From positions 62,001 to 126,000 of the forward strand of contig JAQGDQ010000043.1 of the NCBI GenBank assembly GCA_030141605.1: a DNA stretch of 64,000 nt. The letters are read 5' to 3'. The position numbers and the translations under genes are program-made. The notes beneath the pieces are model-generated. The model was not told where the DNA came from. It saw nothing but the letters and a program-made list of their open reading frames with translations, and searched no databases. This stretch comes from Tubiluchus corallicola. Its lineage: Eukaryota; Animalia; Priapulida. Below, one piece after another: positions 1-11,200 of the stretch; the first letter of the stretch is position 1, and the number at the start of each line of letters is the position of its first letter.

Positions 1-249
1 TCTGTTGTATATACGATAATAAAACACTGTTTATTTTGCTGTCACAATTGTGTCACTGTAAAGGTGCAGATAACTTAGAATTAACAACTTTATTTTTGGT
101 ATTTTCTTACATATTTTCTTTTATAATCATTGCTTTAATAGTGCTTATTGGACATTCTTTTAGCCAAAAAACGGATAACTATAATGCTACTCAGTTGCTA
201 ATGTTATCTGCACTATGTGTCATGTAAATGTCATCTTGTTCTGTTCTAG

Positions 250-534
250 TGGCATGCACTGGATAACGCTGAAAAGGCGAAATACTTCGCCATGGCACGA
301 CAAGAGCGTGAGCGCCATCTGCAGAGGACGGCGGCAGCACAGGCGTGTGCTGAATCAGCGGTTCCTCCGCAACCAGTTCGTACCCTATTACCCTCAGTAT
401 TTTCTGTCGCTAACTCACGATCAGAGTCATGCTATTCCAGTGAACATTTACTGGTTTTTTTCATCTTTGAGTTTTTCATGTCGTTCGATACACAACAAAA
501 CAAAATCCAGTATTCAGTGACAGGGTCTACTTAG
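250..534 (+). CDS. TCF: TCF/LEF alternative (diverged) exon for the second half of the HMG box; probably a terminal exon
   Basis: Acceptor ttctag|TGG at 250, phase 0. Reads WHALDNAEKAKYFAMARQERERHLQ, paralogous to exon 3008-3173, then unrelated sequence to TAG at 532-534. The 3' boundary is uncertain (weak possible donors at 376 and 380). Confidence 0.7.
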   Translation, partial: WHALDNAEKAKYFAMARQERERHLQRTAAAQACAESAVPPQPVRTLLPSVFSVANSRSESCYSSEHLLVFFIFEFFMSFDTQQNKIQYSVTGST

Positions 535-817
535 TAATTGTCGTTGGACCGGAACCTAGCTCGTTATTAAGGCTAATTCTGTAAAATAAGACACTGAACT
601 GATGGAAGTTCACATATGTGAATTCATCTTCTTCATTGAGAAAAATCTCAAGAATGAGTACGGCAAATCAAACTGCATAAACTGACATAAATTGAGTCAG
701 CCTGGCAATTATCCATCAATTCAGCATTAACCATGCACCTAACAAATGTTGCCTAATTCTCATTGCCAAGCACACACCTAGCTATTTTGTTACATTAAAG
801 AGTTCATTAATCTTCTT

Positions 818-1180
818 AATTAAAAAAGTCATCATACTAACTTGTGGGGAAAAGCAAAATTAAAAAAGTCATAGTACTAACGTGTGGGGAAAAGCAAAAT
901 TAAAAAGTCATAGTACTAACTTGTGGGGGAAAGCAAAATTTAAAAAGTCATAGTACTAACTTGTGGGGAAAAGCAAAATTAAAAAGTCGTAGTACTAACT
1001 TGTGGGGGAAAGCAAAATTAAAAAAGTCATAGTACTAACTTGTGGGGAAAAGCAAAATTAAAAAGTCGTAGTACTAACTTGTGGGGGAAAGCAAAATTAA
1101 AAAAGTCATAGTACTAACTTGTGGGGAAAAGCAAAATTAAAAAAGTCATAGTACTAACTTGTGGGGAAAAGCAAAATTAA
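818..1180. repeat. 39-40 bp minisatellite, 9 copies (AATTAAAAAAGTCATAGTACTAACTTGTGGGGAAAAGCAA)
   Basis: Read directly; TACTAAC at 835, 875, 914, 954, 993, 1033, 1072, 1112 and 1152. Confidence 0.95.
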
Positions 1181-3007
1181 GTTTATTTTTAAATTTTGCA
1201 TTTTACTGTCATTGACTATTATTAAGAGAATGTAACGTGCATTTTTCCAAAAGTTCATTATGTAACAGCATTTGTTTTTTTTGTTAAGTTTTCTCTCGAA
1301 AAAGCATTCCAAAGTTCACTATTCTCATTGCAGTTGGTACACGAAAGTCCTTTTAATTTTCTAGTGACTTCCATTCCTGACTTAGCTTAAATAGTTTTGT
1401 ATGGAAACAACTTTTTAGTTGTTTGTGTCCTAAAGCATGCAAAAAAAGATTTATATCAGTTTAATTAACCATTACAGTTTAACAGTAGCTCAGATTTCAA
1501 TGCTTTGATGAAAAGCCTATATTTTTGTCATTGGTCCAGCATCTTCTACGTATTACTGGATTAGCATGGCTTTGAGCTGTACCGTGTATCAATTGGCTTT
1601 AACAATAGTTTTGTCTTATATTTATTTAGATATTAGGTCGCAGATTTTTCTTAATATTACCTTTGTGCCAAATTTTTTCTTGCTAGATGATGGGGTAATA
1701 GGGTACATCTGATCACTTCTTTGCGAGCGCTTTGTTTGCGAAATAAACTTAGTTAAAGCCACTTGGCCCTCGGTCAGTGCTATTGACCATTGGTCAGTAC
1801 TAGTTTTAACTGCTTTTAGACTAGCGGTGCCATTATCGGGTGTTGGGTTTTAACTTATTAATGTTGAAGCATGATCGCTGGCCGTGTGGCTTTAATCTTA
1901 GGACTAATATGTGTGTCAAAGTTTTGCTACATTTGTTTTGTTTAAAAATTGCCAGCGACTACAGTGCTGGTCTGTTTGTTGTTGTTGTTTGGCAGATATA
2001 TAAAGTTTCTGCTTTTGTGGAAACTGTCTAGCAGAAGAGTACTTACCACAAATGATCTCCTGCTGTTCTAACTGTATACAAGCACTTAAATTAAAAGGTG
2101 CTGTAGCCATTCAGTGGCATTGTGTTGTCAACAATATTTTTTTCCACAAAATAAAATGTCTCATGCTTAATTTTAACTTCTCAATGTCTGTATGTTGCTT
2201 ACTGTTATTTTGATCCATCTCACACTTGCATATCTGTGATATTGGCAGTATATGAGACTTAGTGTATATTCCATTGCTTTTTACTTTTCGTTTTGATTTC
2301 AAAATCCAGCAACCTTGCAAATACATTTTTTAAATGCAACGTTACTGTCGACGTTCTATAGGAACAACCTTTTCAGCTCTTCCGGAATTTGTTAGGTAAA
2401 GTCTACTGATACTAGCCAGAATCATTATCTATCTCATTCTGGCAGTATGTCGAAGCTGGTTAGCTGATTTAACAACGCCCGACTTTCATCATTCAGCGAA
2501 GGTTAAGCTGTTTAGGATTGGCTTCATCCTAATAATGTTTATATAATTTGGCTTCATTTTTAAAGCTCATCGTAATGCACAATTGCTTCGATAGAATTTG
2601 AAATTCCTATAGAACAAACTTCACTCATTTTCTAGTTTGATTGTAGTTTACTATCAAGAAATTCAGCAATCATTTTGATGTTGTTGACCTTTGCATTTCA
2701 TATCATTGATATTGTATACTTTTTTTAAATGTTGCTCTTCTTTTTGAACAAAAAGTCGTCAACTATTTAATTGTGATTACGTTTTTTCGAACTCTTGACT
2801 ACTGTGTGCCATTGGTTAGTGCTAAGTTGTTTACACTCTTGCTATTTATGCAGTTATAAATCAATATAACTGCTCTCTTTATAACTGTTGTATAAATGTG
2901 AGTTATATTACTTTCATAATAAAATGTGAGCAAACGTTTTAAAGGTTTCCACTATTAGATCTGACAGTGTCAACTGGCAGAAATATATAGACGTATTTGC
3001 ATTTTAG

Positions 3008-3173
3008 TGGCATGCCTTGGACCGGTCAGAGCAAGCCAAGTATTATGAGCTAGCGAGGAAAGAGCGGCAGTTGCATATGCAGCTTTATCCAGGGTGGAGT
3101 GCACGGGACAACTACGCACAGACTCAGAAAAAGAAGAAACGAAAACGTGACAAAGTTCAGGGGGAAGGATCAG
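3008..3173 (+). CDS. TCF: TCF/LEF canonical exon: HMG box C-terminal half plus basic tail
   Basis: ttttag|TGG...TCA G|gtaaat, 166 nt. Translation [55 protein letters not shown] is the hallmark TCF HMG helix 3 and basic tail. Upstream exons lie outside the window. Confidence 0.97.
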
Positions 3174-4449
3174 GTAAATTTTGAAGATTGTCTCAAATGT
3201 TGCCAGTAGGTGATGTCACAAATTTGCATATACGATTTGCTGTGTTCTTTAGGAGAACAAGTTCAAATTACCCAAGAAAGTTGCAGTCAGATAATAATAA
3301 ACACAACATGAAACATTGTGTGATATTTTCCTTAAATTGTTAATGAAACATTGTTAAATCAATGATTTAAAAAATGGAAATTGCATATGTTTGTTCGAAA
3401 AAGAGAACGTGAAAAATGCAGATCCTAATCTGGGTTTGAACCTGAATCATGCACGAATGTTACAGTTTTGATCTGAAAAAATTTCCTTTCAAATGTTAGA
3501 AACATTTATGTGATGCATTTCAGTTTTTGGTCTGTAATGAAACTAAAAATTCTAAATCTACAGTATCCTTGACGTTTATATTTAATAAACAAGTTTAATG
3601 AAAAAACAAAATGAACTGTGCATAAAATATTACCAAGAATGCAATTACTGAGCCACCTTTTGCTTTGAAGTTTTGGCTGTTTATTACAAAGGAGATTTTA
3701 CCTTACAGCGAGAAGATACCAGAAATTTCTGTCAACTTGCATTTTTGAATTTTTATGCAAGTATGAAAAGCAAACCCCTTCTTAGTATTAGATAGTTACA
3801 ATTTTTTTATTTTTGTCTTACTAATATATCAGGGAGATTTGTTAAAGGGGTAATTGGTCAGAGATTTAGTTCAACTGATGACGAGTTGTATAGGCCAGCT
3901 ATCACAGCACTTGCACACTTAGTATGCCCAGTTGATAAAATACATTGGAATGCCGCAAACGGGGAGAGCACTGAGACGTGGGAACGTTTTAGTGTTTTAC
4001 ATTCTCAACAGAATTTCCTCTTTGCTCAGTGTCTCATAGAGCTTTTTTCTTAAAAATGAGATTATCTGGTCACACCACCACTGTCTGCATAAGTTGTGTC
4101 CTGCTATTGAGTGCTGGGTACGAGTTTGGAGTGGAGACTTCAAGATCATTTGGTGACTTTACTTGAGACCTAGAGTCAAGACTTGTCATCAGCCCTGATT
4201 TCTATTAATAATATGGGACACTTACATGACTTACATCAAGGCAAATGGTGATTACTGTGAATATATAGTTAGAATTCATTATGCACTACATTTTCGTTTT
4301 TCTTATTCAAATCTAAATTAATTGAAATTGTCTGCATTTTCTTGTTTTTGGTTTTTCTCCAAAGGGGTTTACATTTTGTTTCGTAGCATAGTTTGCCAGA
4401 CTATTTTTTTATATTATCTGTGTAGGTAGCTAATAATTTCTTCTTTCAG

Positions 4450-4522
4450 ATGGGGAAAATTTGAAAAAGTGCCGCGCTCGCTACGGCCTAGACCAACAAC
4501 AACAATGGTGCAAGCCGTGCCA
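4450..4522 (+). CDS. TCF: TCF C-clamp exon, copy A (73 nt)
   Basis: tttcag|AT...CA|gtgagt, phase 1 in and phase 2 out; [25 protein letters not shown]. Confidence 0.93.
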
Positions 4523-4962
4523 GTGAGTAAAGTTGTTCACTTGTTTAGTGACTAACTCCGTTTTTTTCTTACCAGGTTGAGCAGCTGAGCATTACAGCAG
4601 ATGCCATCAACAAGTGGCGCACTTTAGCAAAAACATGGCAGAACATTTACAAATCATTTAATAAATTAAATACGCTTAGTTTAATGGACATTATCACTTA
4701 TTGTTTTGGCTGTTTCGTGAGTTTTGCATCAAGTGTTTGGCATCAAAACTAATTTGGAAATCTTTGGTCGGGGCAATGCTTTGGAAAAGTTTGCATTTTG
4801 TCTTGTTAACTGATGGTAGTACTGCAAATTATAGCTGAACAGTTGAAAATGTTATCCATGTTTTTGCAAGCGTGGCACCACTGTTTTTCTGCTGCGTACC
4901 CATCCCACTACTAACAATTTAACATGTCCATTCAGATAATAATAGTCGCCCGTTTGTTCTAG

Positions 4963-5035
4963 AGGCCAACAATCCGAAAAAGTGCCGTGCACGGTACGGG
5001 CTAGACCAACAAAACCACTGGTGCAAGCCGTGTCG
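4963..5035 (+). CDS. TCF: TCF C-clamp exon, copy B (73 nt)
   Basis: ttctag|AG...CG|gtcagt; [32 protein letters not shown] at 4909-4915 and an in-frame upstream acceptor at 4936. Confidence 0.93.
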
Positions 5036-6917
5036 GTCAGTATAACACAATCGTCGTGGTAACGCGTTTGTTGTCGCCTTGGTTACCGGTGTTGTTGTAT
5101 TGTAGATGGACGCCATGGTTACAGTTTAATAACTGTCTTTAATAGACAATCTGCTATTAAGCATGACTTGGCTGGTGACCATAAGCTATATATATGATTA
5201 GAGTGACATAGTGATGATTTTGCTCTGAAAATTGTTTATTAGTGTATCTAAAAGTTGATTCTCATTATTTGGTAACTTTTTGTTTAGTTTTGTTTTTTTC
5301 CTGAAATCCCTGATCTAATACACCTGCTTACTTGTCTATTCTTCCTCCTTTCTAATTAAAAAGGGTCTTTCTAGCAAAGCTAATACTTTCAAATTATAAG
5401 ACAGTAATGTAAATAAATTTAAAACTAATATCACAAACAATTTTTATAACTTTATAAACTTTCTGTGATGTTTCCTTTAATTAAAAGATGAACTATTTTG
5501 TAAAGGTACAACAATGGTGCCTTTTGTTGTGAATTTTGGTTTAGCTGTCATTTAAACTAGCTGAGAAAAAATTTATTGTTCTCTGGCGCTTTGTCAGCAA
5601 TTTTTCCTGTTAAACCTAGTCCTGCACATTTTCATTTGCGTCGTGAACTTCTCCAAATACTTCCTTTGACATTAATCACTTTCCATATTTTTATTTATTT
5701 ATTTTTTGTTTTTTCACTTTTCTTTTTTGTTTTCTCTTCTTAAACTCACAGCATCACTTTCTTTGGTAGTAAACTAATTTTTTCGTGTCATTGTGTTGTC
5801 TTTTACTATATAGATGCAAATACTGAAATCTAACTTTTCTTTTTTTCAATGCTGTTTCAGTAGCGTAAGTAGTCTGTTTATTTAAGTGTCGTCTCGTTTT
5901 TGCTGTTTTAAGCATTTAAAAATCAATTTAGTTTGCATCAGCCCTACAGGAGGCGCTGCATATGCACAGTGTGTTGATATAGGCTTATGGTTACCCCGCC
6001 ATATCATGTGAAAATTGCATGGCAGTTTTACGTTACCATACAGTTGTTCCCCTGGTCCATATTTTCTTTTATTGCAACCGGAACATATATTAAGCCTTTG
6101 GTTCTTTCTTTGAATTTGTTACCAAATTCGCACATTCGAACTTGCACCAGATGTTTTGCATGAATTGTTGGATGAATTTGGATGGCAAAATGTGACTTAT
6201 ATTCAATTTGTATTGGCTGTGCAATGTTGTTCATTTTGCTTATGATTGGCAGATTTAGAAGATTTTTTGTTTACAACAATGCATGGGTATGTTTACAGAT
6301 ATCTACTACATTATATCGGTGTCGTAAAATTGTAAATGCTTGGTTTATGCAAAATGTTTTATATTTTAATCTGTTATTTAGTGTAGTGGCTAAATGTTGT
6401 AAATATTATTTACAGAGTACATTCTTGTGTTACTTTAGAGTAACATTATCGACCCAGAAAAAAATTAAAACTTATTCAAAAAGTATGGAAATTAAGAAAT
6501 TATTTAACAGTTACCAAGTTATATAAACAGCCAATATATATTGTATATATGCTAACATATTGACCATTGATTAATGTAATTTTTAAAGAATTTTGTCATT
6601 GCGATCTGTATTATAAATTAATAATTTAACATTCCTCTTCTTACCTTAAGTAACTCATTAATAAAGTCGGGAGACAATTTTTGTTGTCCACATTTTTAAC
6701 TAAATTAATATGTCGAGAAGAGTTTGAGAAGTGCAATGATTGCTTCTGCTTTGAGTACTTTGAAACTGCACCAGTTTTACAGGACATTAATTTTCAAAGA
6801 AGCTTAAATGGTGACAGAAGTGATTTTTACTGAAATTTTGTGAATCTTGTAACTTCTTGTGATTCAGAATTTTTACTCTGCTTTAATTCGTAACTCACCA
6901 AGTTCTACATTTTTCAG

Positions 6918-7314
6918 ACGGAAGAAAAAATGTATCCGTTACACGGGCGGTGATGACAGCTCCGAAGAGGGATCATCAGTCAAGGGAGAGGAGTTGGGGG
7001 AGTGTAGTATAAAATCGGACATGTTAACAAGTCCAGACTCACAAACAGCCGACACAGACTGTTGTATTAATGTTATCAGTTCACACCATAGTGAAACTAC
7101 AGACTTGGGTATGACGACGACAACGACGCTTGCTACCAGCACAATAGCAAACTCATCGTGTAGCTCACAAGCATCTGTGACAGACTCATTAGACACTAAT
7201 GTAGCGACGCCACACTGCATTGAGCCACATTCATCGAGTCAGACATCGCAAGAAGCGATGATAACGTCGTCCACACCCACTCCGGCGCCACCTACCAGTG
7301 TAGCTGCAACGTGA
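6918..7314 (+). CDS. TCF: TCF terminal coding exon (end of C-clamp, RKKKCIRY, plus Ser/Thr-rich tail)
   Basis: ttttcag|A CGG AAG AAA AAA TGT ATC CGT; phase fits either 73-nt exon; open to TGA at 7312-7314 (ORF 6859..7314). Confidence 0.93.
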
Positions 7315-8102
7315 TAAACGTTCTTGCCAATAGATGGCAGTTAATGACTTTGTAAATATAAGACATCTGTGCTCGTATGAAAAAGTGCAAATTATTAGAG
7401 ATTCTGTTTGGCCGTTTCGTAAAGTGTGAAATTTAACACTGCTTATGCGGTGTTTTTCATTGTGCAGAATGATCGAGATGTGTCTTCTTCAGTATCGTTG
7501 TTGTTCAGTGTATGTACCAATGGCGTTATTTCTTACGCACATCTGTAAAAAGATATTGCCTCTTATTTAATGGTTTTTTTCAAAGAGGTGCAGTTTTTTT
7601 GCTTTCTAGCCATTTCTGCTTCTTGATCATCATGGTAACCTACAATAAAAACGATTTCTCCTTTTGCTTGAAATCATTTTCAGAATGCTTCTGCTTTATA
7701 TTTTTTCATTAGGAAATTTTTCTTTCTTTTCTATAACCGAGTACAGTATTATAGAAATATGTCTCTTAGTATATCATAAGTTTTTGTAATCCTTTGTTGG
7801 CTTTGCTGGACTCTATAAACTTCCACAAAAAAGATACTTTTTGTAACAGGAATAAGTATTGGAAACGTGGATTTTTATTGCAATGTTTTGTATAACGACA
7901 ATTTCTTCATATTTGTCAAGACTGATTTCTAGTTTTTCAAAAGCACTCAAAATTCAACTAAAAATACACGTTTAATTGGAGTCAATTGATAGCTGACTTT
8001 CTTTATCTTTTGTGGTTTGTTTCTTAAAATCAATGACTTAGCTGAACAATTACTTTTGTCAAGTTGAGTGTAGTACATTAATCATGTTACTGGCATAAGT
8101 TC

Positions 8103-8230
8103 TTCATAATCATGATGAACACTTTATACTTGCAATCAGTAGATTATGAACCTGTTCATAATTTTGCTGATTTTATACTTCTTGCAATCATTGATCATGA
8201 AACTGTTCACAATCATGCAGCTTTATACCT
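8103..8230. repeat. Degenerate ~50 bp tandem repeat (about 2.5 copies) in the putative TCF 3'UTR
   Basis: ttcataat...tttatact...tgcaatca..gat.atgaa.ctg recurs. Confidence 0.6.
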
Positions 8231-11200
8231 TTTTTGCTGTCAGTGGGTCAGGTCAGTCGGCTGCTTTTACTGTACTGCTTAACTAATTCAAAACTAGTTT
8301 TTATTTATATGTAAAGAAGCCTTCTTTTATATGTATTGATGTACTGCTTGAAATTACGTCATGTACAAAACTGAAGGTAAATTGCTGTGTGCAACTTTGA
8401 AATAGTTTTATCTTTCTAGTGTTAACAGCACTCAATAATACAACTCGAGCTTATCTTTTTCTAGTATGTACGGATATTTTTTCATACGTAGTTTTGTAGC
8501 AAATTAATAGTTCAGAATAAGTGCGCCGTGGTTTCTTTCTTTTAGATGGTCAATTTCACTTTGTCATGCATGAGTGTATAAACTGTTGTTTCCCTCTAAC
8601 GAAGCGAGCCTTTTTCCCATGGTCAGTGTGCAATTATTCATAAGTGCAATGCATATGACTGTATTATGCAGTTAAGCTGTCAATGTTTAGCACAAATGTG
8701 GAGTGCAAACTTGTTCAAATGCTTGAGGTCAGTGTTTTTGTTTTGTTTTTCTTTTTTTTTTTTTTGTTTTGTTGAAGTAGGCTCTATCATACATTTGCAC
8801 TTGTTCTTTCTATGATTCACATGTGCTGTAGCTTTACAGAATGCGCAAGATAATAATATTGTTCTCACCTTCAAAAACGAAGAGTCCATTGTTTTTTCAC
8901 TTACAGCCCAAAAAAGAGATGTAATTTTGGAAATTGATGTAAATTAAGTATTATTTTTACAAAGCTCAAATTTTGAAAAAGTTTGCAGGAACTAACCAAA
9001 ATTGACATTTATTATTTACGGAATTGAAAATCTAATGACGATTTTTAGTGAATATCTGCCATTGATTTTTTTTTAATTAAAGTAATTAAGTTAGTTTGTG
9101 TTTGCGTATAATTTTGTCAGGGGTGTTGAATAAAATAAATTTATAATTCCTAAATTAATATTTTACATTTCATGTTAGTCCGCCGAAAGACCGATGGCAT
9201 TTTGCTGCTGTTTAAAAACGATCACATTGTCAAAACTTGTATTGTAGACAAGTTGATTTAGTATTTTTAGGTTACTGGCTTGTGAAGTAACTGTATAAAG
9301 AGATATCTCTTACCATGTTGTCGTTTTCATCGTTATTGTTCTTCGTTTAATAAATTTTACCACTTTTTAATATTGTGATGCCATAACGGAGTTACTTTAC
9401 ATTCTGAAAACTTCAAAAAACAGATTCATGACGGCAACTCAATAAGCGAGCAACAACGTTTCACAGTCTAGACCAGTTTCCTGAGAATTTCGAATAGTTA
9501 AGAACTGAAGTGTTTGAGCTCTTGTTAAAAAAACACTGGATGACTCTTTGATAGTTTCGTGAAGGTCTTTTAGTTGGATGCAATCTTGTATTGGGCACAA
9601 TAATCTGACATTTTGTACACAATCTAAAGTTTTATGCATATTGATAGTAAGAGAAGTTACTATCTGTTTAAAAAATGTAATCATCATTGCCTGCAACACA
9701 GTTATTAAGTTGTGATTTGTTCTTTCTGTTTGTGTTAGATTTTTGTTCTTGCCTCTGTTAGCCAAAATGCTCGCCCGTTTGTACAATAACGCAAATGTAT
9801 AACATTTTGTTTATCAAATGTATAAAATTGTAAAATTTGGAAGTTGTTGTATTTTAGTGAGATAGTTAGTTATATACAGATATTATATTCGTCGAATGTA
9901 CAAAGTGTATGTAGATGGGTGCACCTTATGCACCTCGCCTGCATATTTTGTCGCAGGTCGAACAAAGTGCCCATCTAAAAACAACATACAGGACCAGTTG
10001 ACATTAGCAATTGAGTTTTTTGTCGTTCGTTCAGCCAAATTGTGATATTTCGTACTTGTATATGGAAGCTGCCTGTAGTATTTTATATTGTTCCAAATTG
10101 CTATTATAGTTCTGTCGTTCTTAATCTTATAATTGCTTAGCAGAAAATTTTAATGCGGTTGACTATTTCTTCTTTTTTAAACTTTACCTCAGTGCACAAA
10201 CGGAATTTTATCACTAATTAGAAAATTTTGAGTTCCTGTTTCTGTTGGATTTGCAATAATTTTTTGAATTAAGTTTGCTTTATTACAACAGTAAATGCTT
10301 GTTAATAACCGTTACCTCATCTGAATGTTCTTAAAAAACCAAGTTTTTGCAAATTGTGTTTTGTGCGAGACAACAATACTCATCAAAACTCGGATCATCA
10401 GATATAATGAAAATTATCAGAGTCCAAACTATTTTTTACCATCGCTAACAGATACCTGTCACGTGTTGCCATCTAATGGCAAATATTTTGCTTTTGCTGC
10501 TTATTAATTTTTTGCTATAATTGTGTAATCTTTGTTGTTACGAATTTTTAATGAATATAGTGTATGATTTGTTTGTAAGATAACATAATTTTGATGATAT
10601 TTGTTTGTTACTAAGGAGAATAATCAAAATACCCCCTCGTTTATTGTTTATCGCGTGATAATAAACATGTCAGTACATAAAGAAAATTGTGCAGCTTTTT
10701 GTTTTTTCCCGTGCTTCTACCAAGAAATAATGAAAAAAAAGTTTCAACGCTTGACAATGCCAAAGTTCATTTATTTTTCAAATAATCTCTTTGTAAATTT
10801 TAAACAGCTTTTTAAAACTAATAACAAATTTTAAGATTTGAAAAAATTTTATATAATGGCAAATTGCAATATAAGAATTTTTGATGATATTTATATTTAC
10901 AGAAATTTTTAGAGAAAGGTGGTCACAATTTTTTTAGAATATGACAACATAGACATTCTAAGCTACGATAATGTTAATTTGTAACAATGATGTAGAAGTG
11001 TTACCTGTCTTGTTATGAAAGTACTGTAAAAGAGTTTGCAAGACAATCACAATAATGGCCCATAAAATTTTGAATTTTCCAAAAATCACAAAAGTTTGCA
11101 GTACACAAAAAGACAAGATAAGTGTCCATACCACTAGTCCCCATTCTCCCTAGCTTCCATGAATTCCGTTCAACAACAGAAATACAAATTAGAAAAGAGT

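Noticed and set aside
818-1180. CRISPR-like periodicity (also at 35773-37045)
   Set aside because: Units are contiguous with no unique spacers, no cas genes are present, and the context is eukaryotic introns.
2115-2213. Possible third HMG exon (ttcag|TGG CAT)
   Set aside because: Similarity stops after WH (WHCVVNNIFF).
1503-7799. TCF-binding-like CTTTGWW sites suggesting autoregulation
   Set aside because: Scattered, and expected by chance in AT-rich DNA.
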